Origin: Sedimentisphaerales bacterium
GTDB lineage: Bacteria; Planctomycetota; Phycisphaerae; Sedimentisphaerales; UBA12454
Direction of reading: 5' to 3'
DNA length: 64,000 nt
Assembly: GCA_016930635.1 (NCBI GenBank)
Contig: JAFGGI010000012.1
Coordinates: 9,998-73,997 of the forward strand
Of this stretch, positions 10,639 to 20,083 are shown in pieces (the first letter of the stretch is position 1; every line of letters starts with the position of its first letter). The notes below the pieces were generated by a model. The model did no database searches, was not told where the DNA came from, and saw only the letters and a list, made by a program, of their open reading frames with translations. A program made the position numbers and the translations under genes.

Positions 10639-10732
10639 TTGAAGATTGAAAATTGAACATTGAAAAATTTAAACAATTCTGCCAGAGGCAGTTCCGCAAA
10701 TCTTCATTCTTCAATCTACAATCTTCATTTTT
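10639..10732 (+). terminator. Long imperfect hairpin plus T-run; terminator of the 6876-10632 operon
   Basis: TGAAGATTG (10639-10647) pairs with CAATCTTCA (10718-10726). Further imperfect pairing continues inward, with an apical CTGCC-AGA-GGCAG stem. TTTTTT follows at 10727-10732. Confidence 0.55.
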
Positions 10733-10768
10733 TATTTGTGTTGATTTATGTTCATTTATGGTTTTTAA

Positions 10769-12055
<1,287 letters not shown>

Positions 12056-12061
12056 AAATTT

Positions 12062-12847
12062 TTGGAATCGAAACCGCAACCATCGATAAAGGAAAATCGT
12101 ATAGCAACAGCCAAAAGACTTGGTATTGCTGAGGAAAAAATACCACGTCATATTGCGATTATAATGGACGGCAACGGCCGGTGGGCAACGAACAGAGGGC
12201 TACCGCGTTTTCATGGACACAGGCAGGGCGCTCGCGCGATAGAGAAAGTTATAGATCATTGCGTCGATGTCGGCCTGGAATGTGTTACCCTGTATTCATT
12301 CAGTCTGCAAAACTGGAAAAGACCGAAATTAGAGATAGCCTTTCTTATGAAGCTTTATATTCGGTATCTTGTCGGGATAAGAAAGACGCTGAAAGAGCAT
12401 AATGTAAGACTTGTTCATCTCGGCCGGACGGCAAAACTTCCTCCCAAACTTGTCAGGGAACTTAATAAAACGATAGAGATAACCTCGGAGTATACAGGTA
12501 TGGTTCTCGCGCTTGCATTGAACTACGGCAGCAGGGAGGAGATAGTTGATGCGACGAAAAAGATATGTCGCGATTGTGCTGATGGTAAAATGGATATTGA
12601 GCAAATCGATGAACAGTGTATAAGTGAAAATCTTTACAGTGCGACCCTGCCGGAGCCTGATCTGCTTATCCGGACTTCTAATGAGAATCGGTTGAGTAAT
12701 TTTCTCTTATGGCAGCTTTCATATGCTGAGTTTTATGTAACCGAGACTCTCTGGCCGGACTTCAGTCCTGAAGATATTGACAAGGCTATAATCGAATATT
12801 CAAAACGTTCGAGACGTATGGGTGATATTAAACCTGCTGTGATTTAA
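12062..12847 (+). CDS. uppS: Undecaprenyl-diphosphate synthase
   Basis: HIAIIMDGNGRWA and LIRTSNENRLSNFLLWQLSYAEF. Uses a TTG start. Confidence 0.9.
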   Translation: MESKPQPSIKENRIATAKRLGIAEEKIPRHIAIIMDGNGRWATNRGLPRFHGHRQGARAIEKVIDHCVDVGLECVTLYSFSLQNWKRPKLEIAFLMKLYIRYLVGIRKTLKEHNVRLVHLGRTAKLPPKLVRELNKTIEITSEYTGMVLALALNYGSREEIVDATKKICRDCADGKMDIEQIDEQCISENLYSATLPEPDLLIRTSNENRLSNFLLWQLSYAEFYVTETLWPDFSPEDIDKAIIEYSKRSRRMGDIKPAVI

Positions 12848-12867
12848 AATTTTATCGGGGACTTTTG

Positions 12868-13731
12868 ATGCTTAAACACAGACTTATTTTCGGTACGTTG
12901 ATGACTGTTGCTTTTATCGGATTGGTATTATTCGATGCCTGGCTTGACGGCAGTTTCGGTTCTGAGAAAAGTTATTGTCCTGTATATGCAACCTTGCTGA
13001 CGACTTTTCTGGTTATTGTAGCGATGCCGGCGAATCTTGAATTGTCAAGTCTGGCAAATTCTGCGGGGGCGAAAATATTTCTTCCAATTACGATTCCGGG
13101 TACAATTCTGCTTTCTACGGCTTGGTATTGGGCACAGTTTTTTGAGAACAGATATGAGTTTATGGCTTTATTTTTTGCCTTTTTTCTCTGCATTTATCTT
13201 CTTTTAATTTTTTTGTGGCAGGGAATCAAGTTTGCTTCTGTCGGTGCATTTGCCAATCTTGGCGGGAATCTTATAGCTTTAATTTATCTTGGAATGCTTA
13301 CAAGTTTAGTCCTGGCGGTGAGGATTGATTTTGGGCCCTTTGCATTTTTGATGTATATTTTTGTTGTAAAGTGTTCTGATATAGGAGCTTATACGGCAGG
13401 ACGGCTTTTCGGCAGGCACAAATTTTCACCGGTTTTAAGTCCTAAAAAAACATGGGAGGGTATGGCAGGGGCGTGTATTTTTGCCGCAGTTGTATCCTCG
13501 ATATTTGCAAAAGTCTTTGGTATAATGGGCCCGCAGCAGGCGATTTTATTCGGTATTATCTTTGCTTTTGCCGGGCAGCTTGGCGATCTGGCTGAGTCGA
13601 TGCTTAAACGTGCTGCCGAGAAAAAGGATTCGTCGGGCAGTGTTCCCGGTTTTGGCGGGATACTGGATGTGATTGACTCGCCGCTGGCAACAGGTGTTTT
13701 GGCATATTTGTTTTTTATGTTAATCAGCTGA
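12868..13731 (+). CDS. cdsA: Phosphatidate cytidylyltransferase
   Basis: Polytopic membrane protein. C-terminal signature SMLKRAAEKKDSSGSVPGFGGILDVIDS. ATG at 12868 (the ORF track starts at TTG 12865). Confidence 0.9.
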   Translation: MLKHRLIFGTLMTVAFIGLVLFDAWLDGSFGSEKSYCPVYATLLTTFLVIVAMPANLELSSLANSAGAKIFLPITIPGTILLSTAWYWAQFFENRYEFMALFFAFFLCIYLLLIFLWQGIKFASVGAFANLGGNLIALIYLGMLTSLVLAVRIDFGPFAFLMYIFVVKCSDIGAYTAGRLFGRHKFSPVLSPKKTWEGMAGACIFAAVVSSIFAKVFGIMGPQQAILFGIIFAFAGQLGDLAESMLKRAAEKKDSSGSVPGFGGILDVIDSPLATGVLAYLFFMLIS

Positions 13732-13740
13732 TTAATCTGT

Positions 13741-14688
13741 ATGGAGAAGACAATACAACTTAGTTCTGCGGGCAGTCGGCTGGAGCTTTTCGGTTCCGGC
13801 GACGAGCATCTGAAGATAATGCGTGCCCGCTGCGGTGTTAAGATTACCGCAAGGGATGACGAGGTTATTCTTAACGGGGGCAATGCTGAAATAAAAAAGG
13901 CAGCAAAAGTTCTCGAACTGATGCAAAAGCACCTGTCTAAATTCGGCAAGCTTGATGCTAATGATGTAATCGGCCTGATGAGCAAAGTCGAGGTTAATGT
14001 CGATACTGATGAGAATTTTGGTGTTCAGGTTTACTCTCCTAAAAGAACGGTGAAACCGTTTACCCGTGGTCAGAGGCGTTATATAGAGTCGATGCTGAAT
14101 TCTGATCTGACCTTTTGTACAGGGCCGGCCGGTACCGGCAAAACATATCTTGCCGTTGCGGTTGCAGTTTCGATGTTGAGGAAAAAGCAGATAAGAAAGA
14201 TAGTCCTGGCACGTCCTGCGGTCGAGGCTGGTGAGAAACTCGGATTTCTGCCCGGCGATATGCAGGCGAAGGTGAATCCGTATTTAAGGCCGCTGTTCGA
14301 CAGTCTTGAGGATATGATGGACTTTTCACAGATGCGTAAGCTGATAGATATGGATATAATAGAAGTAATTCCGCTGGCGTTTATGCGCGGCAGGACTCTG
14401 AATGAAGCGGCTGTTATCTGTGACGAGGCTCAAAATACTTCTCCATCGCAGATGCTGATGTTTCTGACAAGGATGGGCAGGGGTTCTAAGATGATTATCA
14501 CAGGCGATGTTACCCAGGTTGACCTCGAAAGGGGCAGCAGAAGCGGAATGCTTGATGCGATGGAAACTTTAGCCGGTACAGATGGAATATCTTTAATAGG
14601 TCTTGATGATACCGATATAGTAAGGCATAATCTTGTGCAGAATATTGTTCAGGCTTATGAAGCTAAAAAGAAAAAACATAAGCATTAA
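13741..14688 (+). CDS. phoH: PhoH-family ATPase
   Basis: Walker A GPAGTGKTYLAVA, Walker B-like AVICDEAQN, and an N-terminal KH-like segment. Confidence 0.9.
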   Translation: MEKTIQLSSAGSRLELFGSGDEHLKIMRARCGVKITARDDEVILNGGNAEIKKAAKVLELMQKHLSKFGKLDANDVIGLMSKVEVNVDTDENFGVQVYSPKRTVKPFTRGQRRYIESMLNSDLTFCTGPAGTGKTYLAVAVAVSMLRKKQIRKIVLARPAVEAGEKLGFLPGDMQAKVNPYLRPLFDSLEDMMDFSQMRKLIDMDIIEVIPLAFMRGRTLNEAAVICDEAQNTSPSQMLMFLTRMGRGSKMIITGDVTQVDLERGSRSGMLDAMETLAGTDGISLIGLDDTDIVRHNLVQNIVQAYEAKKKKHKH

Positions 14689-14691
14689 TTT

Positions 14692-16221
14692 ATGGCTATA
14701 CTGAAGAAAAAAATAAGTCCTCGCCGTAAACAGGTCAGGGAGAATATTGCTGCTGAAAGGTTTGCAAGGGCGAGTACGTTTATCAACAGCGGTATGCTTT
14801 TGTCGCTTTTGATGCTTATTGGTTTTGTTGGAGCGTGTTCTTTTCTCTTAAGCACTGTTACCGAGCCGGGCAGGATAAATTTTCGTCCATGGCCTCAGAT
14901 CATTTCAATTATTCTTATTACAACGGGTATTGCATTTGGGATATCGGTATATATTTATCGTTATAATCACAGGATAGTCAAAAACCACATAAGAGCTTTT
15001 GCCCTTAGCAGTTTGCTTATTTTGCTTTTAGCTATGGCAAGACTGGGTTACTTTTTTCCAAGGAACAGTATTTTTATTGCCCTGGCTTTTGCCGTAACTT
15101 GCGCGATAATTCTTACAATTGCTTATGACCAGCGGTTTGCCATTGGCATAAGTATTTTCTTCGCACCTCTTATTTGTTTTGCTATAGGCCGGGAAACGGA
15201 TTTTGCACTCTTTCTGATAATGGCGGCAGGGATTATTACGAGTTGTTTTCTGCTCAAGGAGATAAGAACTCGTACAAAGCTCCTTGAAGTGGGTGTTTTT
15301 TCCGGAGTAGCTGTTTTTGGAATATGTTTTGCAACAGGTCTTTTGGCCGATGGTTTGAGCGGTTCTCTTTTTAAAACTTCCGGATGGATGGCAGCAGCGA
15401 CGGTTCTTGTCGGCATAATTATCCAGGCGCTTTTGCCTCTTGTGGAAAAATCTTTTCGAATTGCTACCAGTATGACCCTGCTGGATTACAGCGATGCAAA
15501 TCAGCCTTTACTTAAAAGACTTGCGATGGAGGCTCCGGGGACGTTTAGTCATAGTCTGCTGATAGGTTCGATTGCAGAAACTGCTGCCGAAGCTATTGGA
15601 GCGAACGGTCTTTTGTGCAGGGTGGGGGCTTATTATCACGACATCGGAAAGATCGGCAAGCCTCGTTATTTTGTCGAAAATCAGATGGGTACAGCCAGTC
15701 GTCACGATCAGCTTTCGCCGGCAATGAGTCAATTAATCATCGTCGGCCATGTTAAAGATGGTATTGAGATGGCCAAGGAATACAGGCTGCCGGCGGTGAT
15801 AAGACAATTTATCGAGACTCATCACGGTACGACGCTTATAGAATATTTTTATGCGGAGGCAAAAAAGAAGACAGACGACCAGACTGCGCCGCCAAGCGAG
15901 TCAGAATTTCGCTATCCCGGGCCGCGGCCGCAAACCAAAGAGGCTGCGATAGTTATGCTTGCTGACGCGATTGAAGGAGCGGTTCGGTCTCTTACAGAAG
16001 TAACGCCAACGAAGATAGAGACAGTGGTTCATAATATGGCTATGAAGCGTCTTCAGGATGGTCAGTTCGATGAATGTGAACTTACGCTTCGGGAGTTGAG
16101 CAGGATAGAAGATGCAATGTCAAAAAGTCTGGCGGCCCATCATCACGGCCGAATCGCCTATCCTAAATCTGACGAAGAACCTGAACAATCTACAGAAGAT
16201 AAAGAGCAAGATGCCCGATAA
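14692..16221 (+). CDS. 7TM-HD membrane phosphohydrolase (PgpH/YqfF-like)
   Basis: The N-terminal half is multi-TM. The C-terminal half is an HD domain (FSHSLLIG, AYYHDIGK, ETHHGT). Confidence 0.8.
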   Translation: MAILKKKISPRRKQVRENIAAERFARASTFINSGMLLSLLMLIGFVGACSFLLSTVTEPGRINFRPWPQIISIILITTGIAFGISVYIYRYNHRIVKNHIRAFALSSLLILLLAMARLGYFFPRNSIFIALAFAVTCAIILTIAYDQRFAIGISIFFAPLICFAIGRETDFALFLIMAAGIITSCFLLKEIRTRTKLLEVGVFSGVAVFGICFATGLLADGLSGSLFKTSGWMAAATVLVGIIIQALLPLVEKSFRIATSMTLLDYSDANQPLLKRLAMEAPGTFSHSLLIGSIAETAAEAIGANGLLCRVGAYYHDIGKIGKPRYFVENQMGTASRHDQLSPAMSQLIIVGHVKDGIEMAKEYRLPAVIRQFIETHHGTTLIEYFYAEAKKKTDDQTAPPSESEFRYPGPRPQTKEAAIVMLADAIEGAVRSLTEVTPTKIETVVHNMAMKRLQDGQFDECELTLRELSRIEDAMSKSLAAHHHGRIAYPKSDEEPEQSTEDKEQDAR

Positions 16222-16699
16222 AAAAGATGCATCCGATATTACCGTTAATGTGAATATCAGCTGTGATACTGTAAGTTTCGATCAGCAAAAAATGATTAGT
16301 ATGATTAGTACTGTTACAGGACAGTTTGGAATAGAAAAGGCCGATATAAATTTTGCTGTTCTTGGTGATGAGGAGATAATAAAGCTGAATCAGAAATTTC
16401 TCAACAGGACTGATACTACAGATGTTATCAGTTTTGATGTCTCGGATGCGGAGGATTTAAAGGTTTTTGATATTGCTGTAAATGCCGAGATGGCGCAGAG
16501 ACAAGCCTGTCAGGCAGGACATAGCGCCGAATCGGAACTTGCGTTGTATTTTCTGCACGGTTTGCTGCATAATCTCGGGTTTGGAGATTGCTGCGATGAA
16601 GAAGCGGCTAAGATGCATAAAACCGAAGATGAAATTCTTGAAAAGTTCGGGTATGGTATTGTATATAATAAGGGCAGGGCGAATCAGCCGGATAGCTGA
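16211..16699 (+). CDS. ybeY: rRNA maturation endoribonuclease YbeY
   Basis: LHGLLHNLGFGD aligns with the YbeY HGxLHLxGYDH metal site. The third ligand position reads Asp. I set the start to the ATG at 16211 (MPDKKD), which overlaps the upstream gene by 11 nt. The ORF-track start at 16112 lies inside that upstream gene. Confidence 0.85.
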   Translation: MPDKKDASDITVNVNISCDTVSFDQQKMISMISTVTGQFGIEKADINFAVLGDEEIIKLNQKFLNRTDTTDVISFDVSDAEDLKVFDIAVNAEMAQRQACQAGHSAESELALYFLHGLLHNLGFGDCCDEEAAKMHKTEDEILEKFGYGIVYNKGRANQPDS

Positions 16700-16724
16700 T
16701 ATTTTTTGAAAGGATAGAAAGACA

Positions 16725-18002
16725 GTGGCTGGTCTTGGATGGCAAATCTTAGGAATTATTCTTCTTTTAGCGGCGGGAACGGTTTTTTCGCTGAATGCTA
16801 TTGCCGCGAGGATATTCTCGCACGTTAAGATACAGGAAATTTTCAGAAATATGAATAAAGAGGGGTATGCTGAAAAATTCTTTGCGGAAAGCCAGAAGGT
16901 AGTTTTGCTCTGTTCATTGATAGTTGTCTTTACAGATATTCTTATAACTCTTCTACTGCTGAGGCTGTTTAGTATTTCGATGGAATTGTCTCTATCGATA
17001 GCAGCGGTTTGTACTGCTTTGACGGCTTTTTTGCTGATGGGTTTTTTTGAAGTGGTTGTTGCCGGGGCATGGGCTTTATATGCCGGCGAAGAAGTACTTG
17101 GAAGGACTTACCCGATTCTGCATCTGGCCACTCTGGTTCTTTCGCCTTTCGAGTCATTTTTTAAACTGCATGATATTATAGTCCAGCGTCTTGCAGGTGT
17201 TCCTCAGGGCAGCGAAGAACAGCAGGAAGAAAAGCAGGAGGAGTTTTTAAATGTTGTCGAGCAGGGTAAAATGGAAGGTATTGTGGATGAAGTCGAACAG
17301 GAGATGATAGAGCATGTTCTTGAACTGAGCGACAAGACGGTCGAAGAGATTATGACGCCGCGAACCGATATTATAGCGATGAAAGTTGACAGTGATTTGC
17401 CGAAGGTTCTTGAGACGATAACTGCTGAAGGACATTCGAGAATACCTGTTTATGAAGAAAATATTGATACCGTAATCGGGCTTGTCTATGCGAAGGACCT
17501 GCTCGACCAGTTCGGTAAACGTTCGGAGGAATTTAAGCTGAGGGAAAAGCTAAGGGAGGCGTATTTTGTACCTGAGACAAAAACGCTTCGCCAGTTGCTG
17601 CGTGAATTTCAGGAGCAAAAGCTTCATATAGCTATCGTTCTGGATGAGTATGGCGGAACAGCGGGAATTGTTACCATAGAGGATATCATTGAAGAAGTAG
17701 TCGGCGAAATTACCGATGAATACGAAGAGCGGCCGCCGCAGAGTACTAAACGAATAGATGAATCTACGGTTGAGGTTGATGCAAGAGTGTATATAGATGA
17801 TTTTAACGAGGAATTTGAAACAGAACTGCCCGAAGAGGAAGATTATGACACTCTGGGCGGTTTTGTATTTTCACATCTGGGCTATATACCCCATAAAGAT
17901 GAGACTTTTGAATATGCAAATCTGAAGTTTACGATAACCTCTTCGGAAAAGCGGAAAATCAACCGGATAAGGATTCAAAAACTCTCACATCAGGAAGGTT
18001 AG
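16725..18002 (+). CDS. CorC/TlyC-type CBS-domain transporter-associated protein (DUF21-CBS-CorC_HlyC)
   Basis: Four N-terminal TM helices, a CBS pair (EIMTPRTDI, YGGTAGIVTIEDIIEEVVGEI) and a C-terminal CorC_HlyC-like segment. Uses a GTG start. Confidence 0.85.
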   Translation: MAGLGWQILGIILLLAAGTVFSLNAIAARIFSHVKIQEIFRNMNKEGYAEKFFAESQKVVLLCSLIVVFTDILITLLLLRLFSISMELSLSIAAVCTALTAFLLMGFFEVVVAGAWALYAGEEVLGRTYPILHLATLVLSPFESFFKLHDIIVQRLAGVPQGSEEQQEEKQEEFLNVVEQGKMEGIVDEVEQEMIEHVLELSDKTVEEIMTPRTDIIAMKVDSDLPKVLETITAEGHSRIPVYEENIDTVIGLVYAKDLLDQFGKRSEEFKLREKLREAYFVPETKTLRQLLREFQEQKLHIAIVLDEYGGTAGIVTIEDIIEEVVGEITDEYEERPPQSTKRIDESTVEVDARVYIDDFNEEFETELPEEEDYDTLGGFVFSHLGYIPHKDETFEYANLKFTITSSEKRKINRIRIQKLSHQEG

Positions 18003-18007
18003 ACCTG

Positions 18008-18763
18008 ATGCTGAGAAAGGATAAGGGAATTTGTATCCGCACAACTGATTATTCTGAAACTTCTCAGATACTTACCTTTTTTACAGCTGATACCGGCAAG
18101 TTAAGCGTAATAGCCAAGGGAGCGAAAAGACCTAAGTCATCTTTCGGGGGACCTATTGAACTTTTGACGGCGGGAGATATGGTTTTTTCCGTCAAAGATA
18201 GTGAAAAGCTCGGCACACTTACTGAATTTAATCCGACTTTTCTCGGATTTACACTTCGTAAAAAGCTTTTTGCCCTTAATTGTGCTCTATTTACCGCTGA
18301 GCTGCTGAATTTATTTACAAAAGAGCTCGATCCACATCCTTCTATCTTCGATGCGGCGATTATCCTTTTGCGAACGCTCGATAAGGACCCTGATAACCAG
18401 GCTCTGAGCAAACTTATCCTTTTTGAATTTACACTTTTAGAAGAAACAGGCTCAAGTCCTGTTTTTGACAGATGTATAAACTGTAAAAGAGATTTTGATG
18501 CGAACTGGAAACAATATTACTTTGCTGTGTCGGATAACGGTATAGTCTGCCGCGACTGCGAAGCGGCCTTTGTTGATAAAAGAGTGATAAGCAGAGAGAC
18601 GGCAGCCTATCTGAACAAATCTGATAATATCCCTCAGGCCGATTGGGGCGTGCTGGTGTCTATACAAAATCTTTTGATTGAATATATCACGCATATTCTT
18701 GAAAGGCCGCCGAGAACTGCAGTAACGATTTTAAAGCTTATAAACTCAAAAAAACAGATATAG
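18008..18763 (+). CDS. recO: DNA repair protein RecO
   Basis: N-terminal OB-fold pattern (GICIRTTDYSETSQILTFFT, KGAKRPKS) and a Cys4 zinc finger (CINC ... CRDC). Sits in the conserved position after ybeY/corC. Confidence 0.85.
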   Translation: MLRKDKGICIRTTDYSETSQILTFFTADTGKLSVIAKGAKRPKSSFGGPIELLTAGDMVFSVKDSEKLGTLTEFNPTFLGFTLRKKLFALNCALFTAELLNLFTKELDPHPSIFDAAIILLRTLDKDPDNQALSKLILFEFTLLEETGSSPVFDRCINCKRDFDANWKQYYFAVSDNGIVCRDCEAAFVDKRVISRETAAYLNKSDNIPQADWGVLVSIQNLLIEYITHILERPPRTAVTILKLINSKKQI

Positions 18764-18895
18764 CTGAAGATTTATATGAAAATGAACTATGCGCTTTGCT
18801 AAAGACAGATATAAGTTTTGTGATATACTCTTATAAGAAATGGACCAGAGAACAGCTGGTTACTGTGAAATTTAAAAATAGCAGATGGAGTAATT

Positions 18896-19852
18896 TTGTT
18901 CTATGTAATTTTGGTATTAGGTTTTATTCTGGTTATAAAAGGAGCAGGATTTCTTGTTGATGGGAGTTCGGCTCTGGCAAAGAGGCTTCGTGTCTCCAAT
19001 CTTGTGATAGGCTTAACCATCGTTGCATTTGGCACTTCTTTACCTGAGTTGTTTGTTAATATTTTTGCCAGTATCCAGGGAAATTCGGAAATTGCTATTG
19101 GCAATATACTTGGCAGTAATACAGCCAATATTCTGCTTATTCTCGGGTTATCTGCGGTTATTTATCCGCTTCAGGTTGGTAAGGGAACGGTTTGGAAGGA
19201 AATACCGTTCAGTCTTTTGGCAGTTTTGGTTCTTGCGGTTATGATAAATGACCGCCTGATTAACCGGGAGCAATTTTCTCTCCTGACAAGAAGCGACGGT
19301 TATATTCTTATAACGTTTTTTATTATTTTTTTATATTACTCAGTTAGTATTGCCAAAGGCAGTGAGCATCTGCAGGAATGTGTCTTAGAACGGGACATGG
19401 TATTTAGCAAGTCAGTTGCATGGATATTTTTGGGGCTTATACTGCTTATCGCGGGTGGTAAACTGATTGTAGATGGAGCCGTTTTCGTTGCAGGCAAATT
19501 CGGTCTGAGTGAATCCATGATTGGTCTTACAATTGTAGCAGTGGGAACATCTGTTCCAGAGCTTGCGACGTCGGTCATAGCGGCAATCAAGAAAAATCCC
19601 GAAATTGCCGTTGGTAATGTTGTTGGCTCGAATATATTCAATATCTTTTTTATTTTGGGCATCAGTTCAATAATCAAACCATTGCCTATTGTCGCTAAGA
19701 CCAATATAGATATCAGTATTGTGCTTATTGCTACTATTATATTGTTTATATGCATGTTTACCGGAAAAAAACTTTTTTTAGACAGGTGGGAAGGAGGACT
19801 TTTACTGATTTTTTATATTGGATATGTTACATTCCTTGTTATCCAGGGTTAA
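18896..19852 (+). CDS. Ca2+/Na+ (cation) antiporter, CaCA/YrbG family
   Basis: Two alpha-repeats, GTSLPEL and GTSVPEL, in a ~10-TM protein. TTG start with GGAG 5 nt upstream. Confidence 0.85.
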   Translation: MFYVILVLGFILVIKGAGFLVDGSSALAKRLRVSNLVIGLTIVAFGTSLPELFVNIFASIQGNSEIAIGNILGSNTANILLILGLSAVIYPLQVGKGTVWKEIPFSLLAVLVLAVMINDRLINREQFSLLTRSDGYILITFFIIFLYYSVSIAKGSEHLQECVLERDMVFSKSVAWIFLGLILLIAGGKLIVDGAVFVAGKFGLSESMIGLTIVAVGTSVPELATSVIAAIKKNPEIAVGNVVGSNIFNIFFILGISSIIKPLPIVAKTNIDISIVLIATIILFICMFTGKKLFLDRWEGGLLLIFYIGYVTFLVIQG

Positions 19853-19917
19853 AATTGTTTTATGAATGGTAAATTAAATGGCGTTGGGGCTATTGAAAAA
19901 GTCAAAATCGGATGATT

Positions 19918-19956
19918 GAGATTGCCTCGGCCTGTTTCACAGGCCTCGCAATGACA
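19918..19956 (-). repeat. Small palindromic intergenic repeat (TGTCATTGCGAG...GCAATCTC type), copy 1
   Basis: The reverse complement reads TGTCATTGCGAG-GCCTGTGAAACAGGCC-GAGGCAATCTC. The same termini recur at 58037-58065. ORF-track entry 19912..20193 simply translates it (EIAS...LAMT). Confidence 0.6.
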
Positions 19957-19980
19957 ACCCCTGACCGCGAATGTCGGGAC

Positions 19981-20011
19981 AAAACAAAACCCTGCCATAG
20001 TGATGGCAGGG
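19981..20011 (-). terminator. Rho-independent terminator downstream of the E2 gene
   Basis: Perfect 9-bp stem: CCCTGCCAT (19990-19998), loop AGTG, ATGGCAGGG (20003-20011). On the minus strand it is followed by TTTTGTTTT (19989-19981). Confidence 0.6.
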
Positions 20012-20083
20012 CTAAATATTATATTGAATTCTCTTTGTTCTCTGTGAGCTCTGTGGCTGAAAATAAATTTATGAACTCTGTGG

